From a virus (taxonomy: Duplodnaviria > Caudoviricetes): 53,687 nt of DNA. The stretch lies in the IMG/VR virus record IMGVR_UViG_3300036827_000021, positions 1 to 53,687 of that record; one strand, given 5' to 3'. The first letter of the stretch is position 1; every line of letters begins with the position of its first letter. Shown in pieces: positions 51,375-53,687 of the stretch. Under the pieces are notes generated by a model. It saw nothing but the letters and a program-made list of their open reading frames with translations. It searched no databases and was not told where the DNA came from. The position numbers and the translations under genes are program-made.

Positions 51375-53687
51375 TGTCGAAATTCAACCCGGAGTGGTTC
51401 GAAAGCACCCTGTCGCAGAGTGCGAACGGTGTCCACTATATGCAGGGTCCAAGTTCGTACCTAGCGAAGGCCCAGCTCAAGCTAAGGTCGCTTTTGTCGG
51501 CGAAGCGCCAGGCGTTCAGGAAGCACGAGCAGGTAGGCCTTTCACTGGTCCGAGCGGTCAGCTGCTCAACAGAGTCATGCAGTACCACAACATCAAGCGA
51601 GAAGACGTCTTCCTCTCGAATGCTTGCCTTTGCCGTCCGGCAGATAATTCGACACCTCCCGCAGCCGCAATCAGTGCATGCCGAGTACGGCTCGTCTCCG
51701 AGCTACACGATCACGGAGTGGAACAAGTCGTGGCGCTGGGGAACTCTGCTTGTGAGTCTGTACTACAGCAATCAGGAGTCACCGCGCTTCGTGTCGGGCC
51801 TCCACGACGAAGCAGACCTTTGCCTGACTTGGAGGTCATCCCAACATTCCACCCCGCTGCTGCACTTCGCCAGGGAGATTTCTTCCCGTTCATCGTCAAG
51901 GATGTGGGGAAACTAAATGGAACCGGACTGGCACATTTTGCAGAGCCCCAGTTTCTCGTCGCTGAGGATCCAGGGCAGGCTATTGAGCTCCTCGAACAAG
52001 TCGAGAGACGAGCTACTGACGGAATTGTCATTGACATTGAGGTCGACGTTGAAAAAGACCTCGCTTTCGAGCACCCAGATCGATACGGCATGCTCTGCGT
52101 TGGGATTGGCTATGCTGAAGGAAAGGTGCTGGTTCTCGGTGAAAGTGCGATGGCTGACTTGGGGGTTCGAACTCGACTTCGAGAGTTGCTGCGACGAGTT
52201 AGGATCATTGGCCAGAACATCAAGTTTGACCTTCAGGGACTACATACCGTCTTCAAGGACATTGGAGGCCTAAGTGGAATCAGTGCCTACTTCGACACCA
52301 TGCTTGCCAGTTACGTCTGGGACGAGCGAAGAGGAATCCACGGACTCAAGGTTCAGGCTCAGGAAGACCTTGGAGCACCTGACTACTCTGCGGCAATCAA
52401 ACGATACGTTGGTCCTGGGATCGGTTATGGTGCTATACCCCGACCCCTACTTTACAAGTACAACGCCTGGGACGTTGCCTGTACATATGCGTTGTGGCAG
52501 ATGTATGAGAAGCGTTTCAGTGAACATCGAGACGGAGCGGAACTGCGACGAGTTCATGATCTACTTATTGCAGCATCTAATGAACTTGTGTACGTTGAAC
52601 TCAATGGGATAACCGTCGACACCAAGTACATGCATGAGGTTGAAGCCGAGATGGTGCAAGAGCTTGGCATCATCGAGGAAGAGATGGACAAGATCATCGA
52701 CATGCCAGGCTTGCAGGTAGACTTCAGGCCAGCTAAGCAAGGTGGCGGTATCAACCCAAGATCGCCTAAGCAGATCACTGAGTACCTTGCCACACGTGGT
52801 GTGCGTGTAAAGTCGACCAACGAGGACACAATCACTACACTGCTAGATAAACTTCGGTCGCGAGAGAGTCTGAACTTTCCACATCGTGACGAGGTCACCA
52901 AGTTCTGCAACGCACTACTCATTCACAGGACAAAGGCGAAGCTGTATGGAACTTATATCAAGGGAACGAGAAAGCGACTATATCGTGGTCGTGTGTACCC
53001 TACATTTCTCCTGCACGGAACTACCACTGGGCGCCTTAGTTGTAGGAACCCTAACCTGCAGAACGTTCCCAGAGGATCCGCTATTCGAAAGCTCTTTGTA
53101 CCGGGCGCGCCGGATCGCGTCTTTGTCCAAACGGATTACGGTCAGGCTGAACTACGTGTCCTCAGTTTTCTGGCTGGAGATCAATACTTTAGGAACATCT
53201 TCTGGACTCCAGAGATCGACCTCTTCGATGACCTCACGCCCATTGTTTTCCCTTCCGCAGGAGCTAAGGAAGCAACTGACCCGGCACTATGGAAAGAATT
53301 CCGTGTTCGCGTCAAGGCCTTCGTTTACGGCCTCGCTTACGGACGCACTGCTGAGGGTCTCGCCGCCGAGTACGAAATGTCTCTGGCTGAAGCAAGAGTC
53401 GCTCGAGATAACTTCTTCGACGTCATTCCTGAGATCAACCAATACCTACGGGACATTCGCCTGAGTGTCCGAGCTGGTAAACACCTAGTAACACCCTTCG
53501 GCAGGCACCGTCGCTTCTACTTACTGACCAAGGAGAATCAGAAGGACGTCTTCAACCAAGCACAAGCGTTCGTGCCTCAGTCAACTGCTTCGGACATCTG
53601 CTTGAGTGCAATGATCGAAGTACGTAAAGACCTGAAGGGTATCGGTTGGGTTCGTAACATCGTGCACGACTCGATCCTAGCTGAGTG
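51367..53687 (+). CDS. polA: Family-A DNA polymerase with N-terminal family-4 uracil-DNA glycosylase and 3'-5' exonuclease domains (runs off the window end)
   Basis: Frame 1 from GTG 51367: CERC, VGEAPG, RPFTGPSG, TFHPAA; DIE, QNIKFD, YNAWD; TGRLS, DYGQAELR, RVRVKAFVYGLAYG and VHDSILAE. Absent from the ORF track because there is no stop. Confidence 0.95.
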   Translation, partial: MTDVEIQPGVVRKHPVAECERCPLYAGSKFVPSEGPAQAKVAFVGEAPGVQEARAGRPFTGPSGQLLNRVMQYHNIKREDVFLSNACLCRPADNSTPPAAAISACRVRLVSELHDHGVEQVVALGNSACESVLQQSGVTALRVGPPRRSRPLPDLEVIPTFHPAAALRQGDFFPFIVKDVGKLNGTGLAHFAEPQFLVAEDPGQAIELLEQVERRATDGIVIDIEVDVEKDLAFEHPDRYGMLCVGIGYAEGKVLVLGESAMADLGVRTRLRELLRRVRIIGQNIKFDLQGLHTVFKDIGGLSGISAYFDTMLASYVWDERRGIHGLKVQAQEDLGAPDYSAAIKRYVGPGIGYGAIPRPLLYKYNAWDVACTYALWQMYEKRFSEHRDGAELRRVHDLLIAASNELVYVELNGITVDTKYMHEVEAEMVQELGIIEEEMDKIIDMPGLQVDFRPAKQGGGINPRSPKQITEYLATRGVRVKSTNEDTITTLLDKLRSRESLNFPHRDEVTKFCNALLIHRTKAKLYGTYIKGTRKRLYRGRVYPTFLLHGTTTGRLSCRNPNLQNVPRGSAIRKLFVPGAPDRVFVQTDYGQAELRVLSFLAGDQYFRNIFWTPEIDLFDDLTPIVFPSAGAKEATDPALWKEFRVRVKAFVYGLAYGRTAEGLAAEYEMSLAEARVARDNFFDVIPEINQYLRDIRLSVRAGKHLVTPFGRHRRFYLLTKENQKDVFNQAQAFVPQSTASDICLSAMIEVRKDLKGIGWVRNIVHDSILAE

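Noticed and set aside
51374-53464. Plus-strand ORFs 51374-51916, 51917-52273, 52274-52612 and 52886-53464 in the ORF track
   Set aside because: They are off-frame shadows of the continuous frame-1 UDG-PolA gene, which the track missed because it has no stop in the window.

Overview
This window is almost the whole genome (~53.7 kb) of a lytic, long-tailed dsDNA phage, probably infecting an actinobacterium. The window opens inside the family-A DNA polymerase gene: nt 1-60 encode its C-terminus and the window ends just after motif C. The left arm (minus strand, 1.1-25 kb) carries lysis, tail, Mu-like head and terminase genes. A seven-gene block of receptor-binding-like and membrane genes sits between portal and protease. 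The right arm (plus strand, 25.5-53.7 kb) carries small early genes behind a family of sigma-A-like promoters, then helicase, exonuclease, AAA ATPase, SSB and a RepB'-type primase-helicase. These are followed by a 7-deazaguanine DNA-modification cluster (queC, queD, queE, folE, a short TGT/DpdA-like gene, three NTP-pyrophosphatase-like genes) and a UDG-fused PolA. No integrase, repressor or CRISPR array was seen. The main unexplained signals are: (1) two 98-bp three-box elements in inverted orientation that bracket the DNA-metabolism module; (2) two non-canonical tRNA-like RNAs, each downstream of one of two near-identical 42-bp promoters, one inside a ~320-nt structured RNA region; (3) a gene set that could indicate pre-replicative 7-deazaguanine incorporation; (4) an ATTGAG repeat array; and (5) an antisense promoter inside the late operon. 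All protein calls come from motif recognition by eye, not database searches.
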